Below are positions 62,745-64,000 of a DNA stretch of 64,000 bases, one piece after another. Within the stretch, counting starts at the first letter, position 1. Every line of letters starts with the position of its first letter. The translations under genes were made by a program, and so were the position numbers. Location: assembly GCA_943704425.1 (NCBI GenBank), contig CALSCP010000491.1, forward strand, positions 72,849 through 136,848, read 5' to 3'. Origin of the DNA: Ministeria vibrans ATCC 50519 (Eukaryota; Protista; Filasterea). The notes under the pieces were generated by a model, which was given only the letters and a program-made list of their open reading frames with translations, was not told the origin of the DNA and did no database searches.

Positions 62745-63089
62745 TTGAGAGACGACGACACACCAAAAGAAAAGTCCCTGCGGCTGATAGGCCGAGAGAG
62801 TCTCACAAGAGGTGTATTTAACTCTTAGTGACGAAGAACGTATTAAAAAGTGAAGGCTGACTGACCGGCTGAGGCGATGACGCGATCCGTCGGAAGTGAC
62901 TGATAAAATGCACACCAAGTGCAAAAGATGCCTGACTCATGCCTCCGCCGTACCAAGAGTGAGTCATAGCGGGCTCTCACTATCCGACACTCGCTCACAG
63001 ACCACGGTGCGCTTCCAAACGGGGTTTATGCGAATGACTGTAGACCCAATTTTTTGCTGACTTTGCTATTAAATCCTACGGAATTCCGA

Positions 63090-64000
63090 CACGCGCCACA
63101 GGCCGAAATCCCAAATACGTCTCTATCGCGACTCGCAGATCCTCGACCTTGTAGATTATGCACCGCTGTACACATTGGTAGTCATGAGATGTGCATCCTT
63201 TGGTTTATCTTGTGGTTTCCTCAGGGATGGTTTCGATCGCCATTCTTTCCACGTCAGCAACCGCAAAATCGATCAGCCGATCAATTTACCGAACGAGAAA
63301 ACTTTCTTTCATTTTTTTTTGAGTTTGTATCTCTGTGAGACTTCACCTTTATTGCGGTCACCCAGTGCTATTTGAGTGTTCTAGCCATGAAGAATATGCG
63401 AAATCGCGCTTTGCGAGTAAGATTTTCAAGAGTGTGACGTACGATTGTGGATCATATTCTGCTCCGCTTCCAACCCACACTGCCCTCCACCGCACAATCT
63501 CTCGCAAAACACGTTCCACTGTGTGACATTGTACCGGACGCGCCGCCATTGAGCGTTTTAGCGATGCTCCACCTGAGATACAACCAAAGCATCTCATTCT
63601 GCTCTTTTGACGGGTTGTTGTGTCGGCTCTTGTCGCATCTCAACGCTTCCAATTGTGCACCGTGCACGTCAAGCATTGTGCTACCGTTGCCTACACGCGT
63701 CGCACGTTCACCCAAGAGCCTTTCTTAAACCATACCATATGAATTTTTTTTTTTTTTTTTTGTCGCAAAGGTTGATTCTCTGTGGGATGACGGTGTGGGC
63801 TCAACGTCGACGACGCAGCTATCACGCCAGCAGACCTCGTTCCAGTCGATGCCCTCCAAGCACGCCGACAGCACCGGCAAGGCAGGCGGCCTGCGCAACG
63901 TCGGCGCCTCCATGCTGCTGCTGCCGCTCGACGACGTGCACAAACCCGTACGCCGCCACACTGCAGCACACACAAAAAAAAAAAAAAAAAAAAAGATAAA
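63090..64000 (-). CDS. Possible 3' part of an unidentified gene, running off the window
   Basis: Coding-like GC-rich segments separated by A/T tracts; no recognisable motif. Strand, frame and exons are uncertain. Confidence 0.25.

Overview
This is a gene-dense, intron-rich eukaryotic window, not prokaryotic. It uses the standard code, has mostly 50-100 nt GT-AG introns, carries (CA)n/(CT)n microsatellites in introns, and has many head-to-head gene pairs. IFT46, RABL2 and CEP19 imply a flagellated organism, probably a protist; the lineage cannot be fixed from this window. About 27 genes were reconstructed by manual exon joining: USP36/42-like, two GT15 mannosyltransferases, LAMTOR5, TM9SF, a CH-domain/charged-helix protein, syntaxin 7/12-like, CARM1, a class C GPCR, ArfGAP-C2, IFT46, TRM6, a cytochrome b5 reductase-like protein, an EGF/DUF3494 ice-binding-like protein, a secreted PTP-like phosphatase, a pseudokinase-SH2 protein, RABL2, PLAC8, VTA1, LMBR1, PB1-SAM, NDRG, a WD40-Roc-COR protein, DBP2/DDX5, AMMECR1, CEP19 and an ankyrin/SOCS-box-like protein. 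Four observations stand out. (1) A Roco GTPase has an N-terminal WD40 array built from five identical-length (126 nt), same-phase, one-repeat exons and a possible C-terminal death-fold, resembling a modular immune receptor. (2) A bacterial-type DUF3494 ice-binding domain is inserted inside an EGF module, in a repeat-rich accessory island. (3) A Tyr-motif-rich pseudokinase-SH2 gene lies head-to-head with a PTP-like gene. (4) An intronless GT15 pair includes one copy with a degenerate active site. All family calls come from motif recognition by eye; no searches were run. CDS coordinates span whole multi-exon genes.
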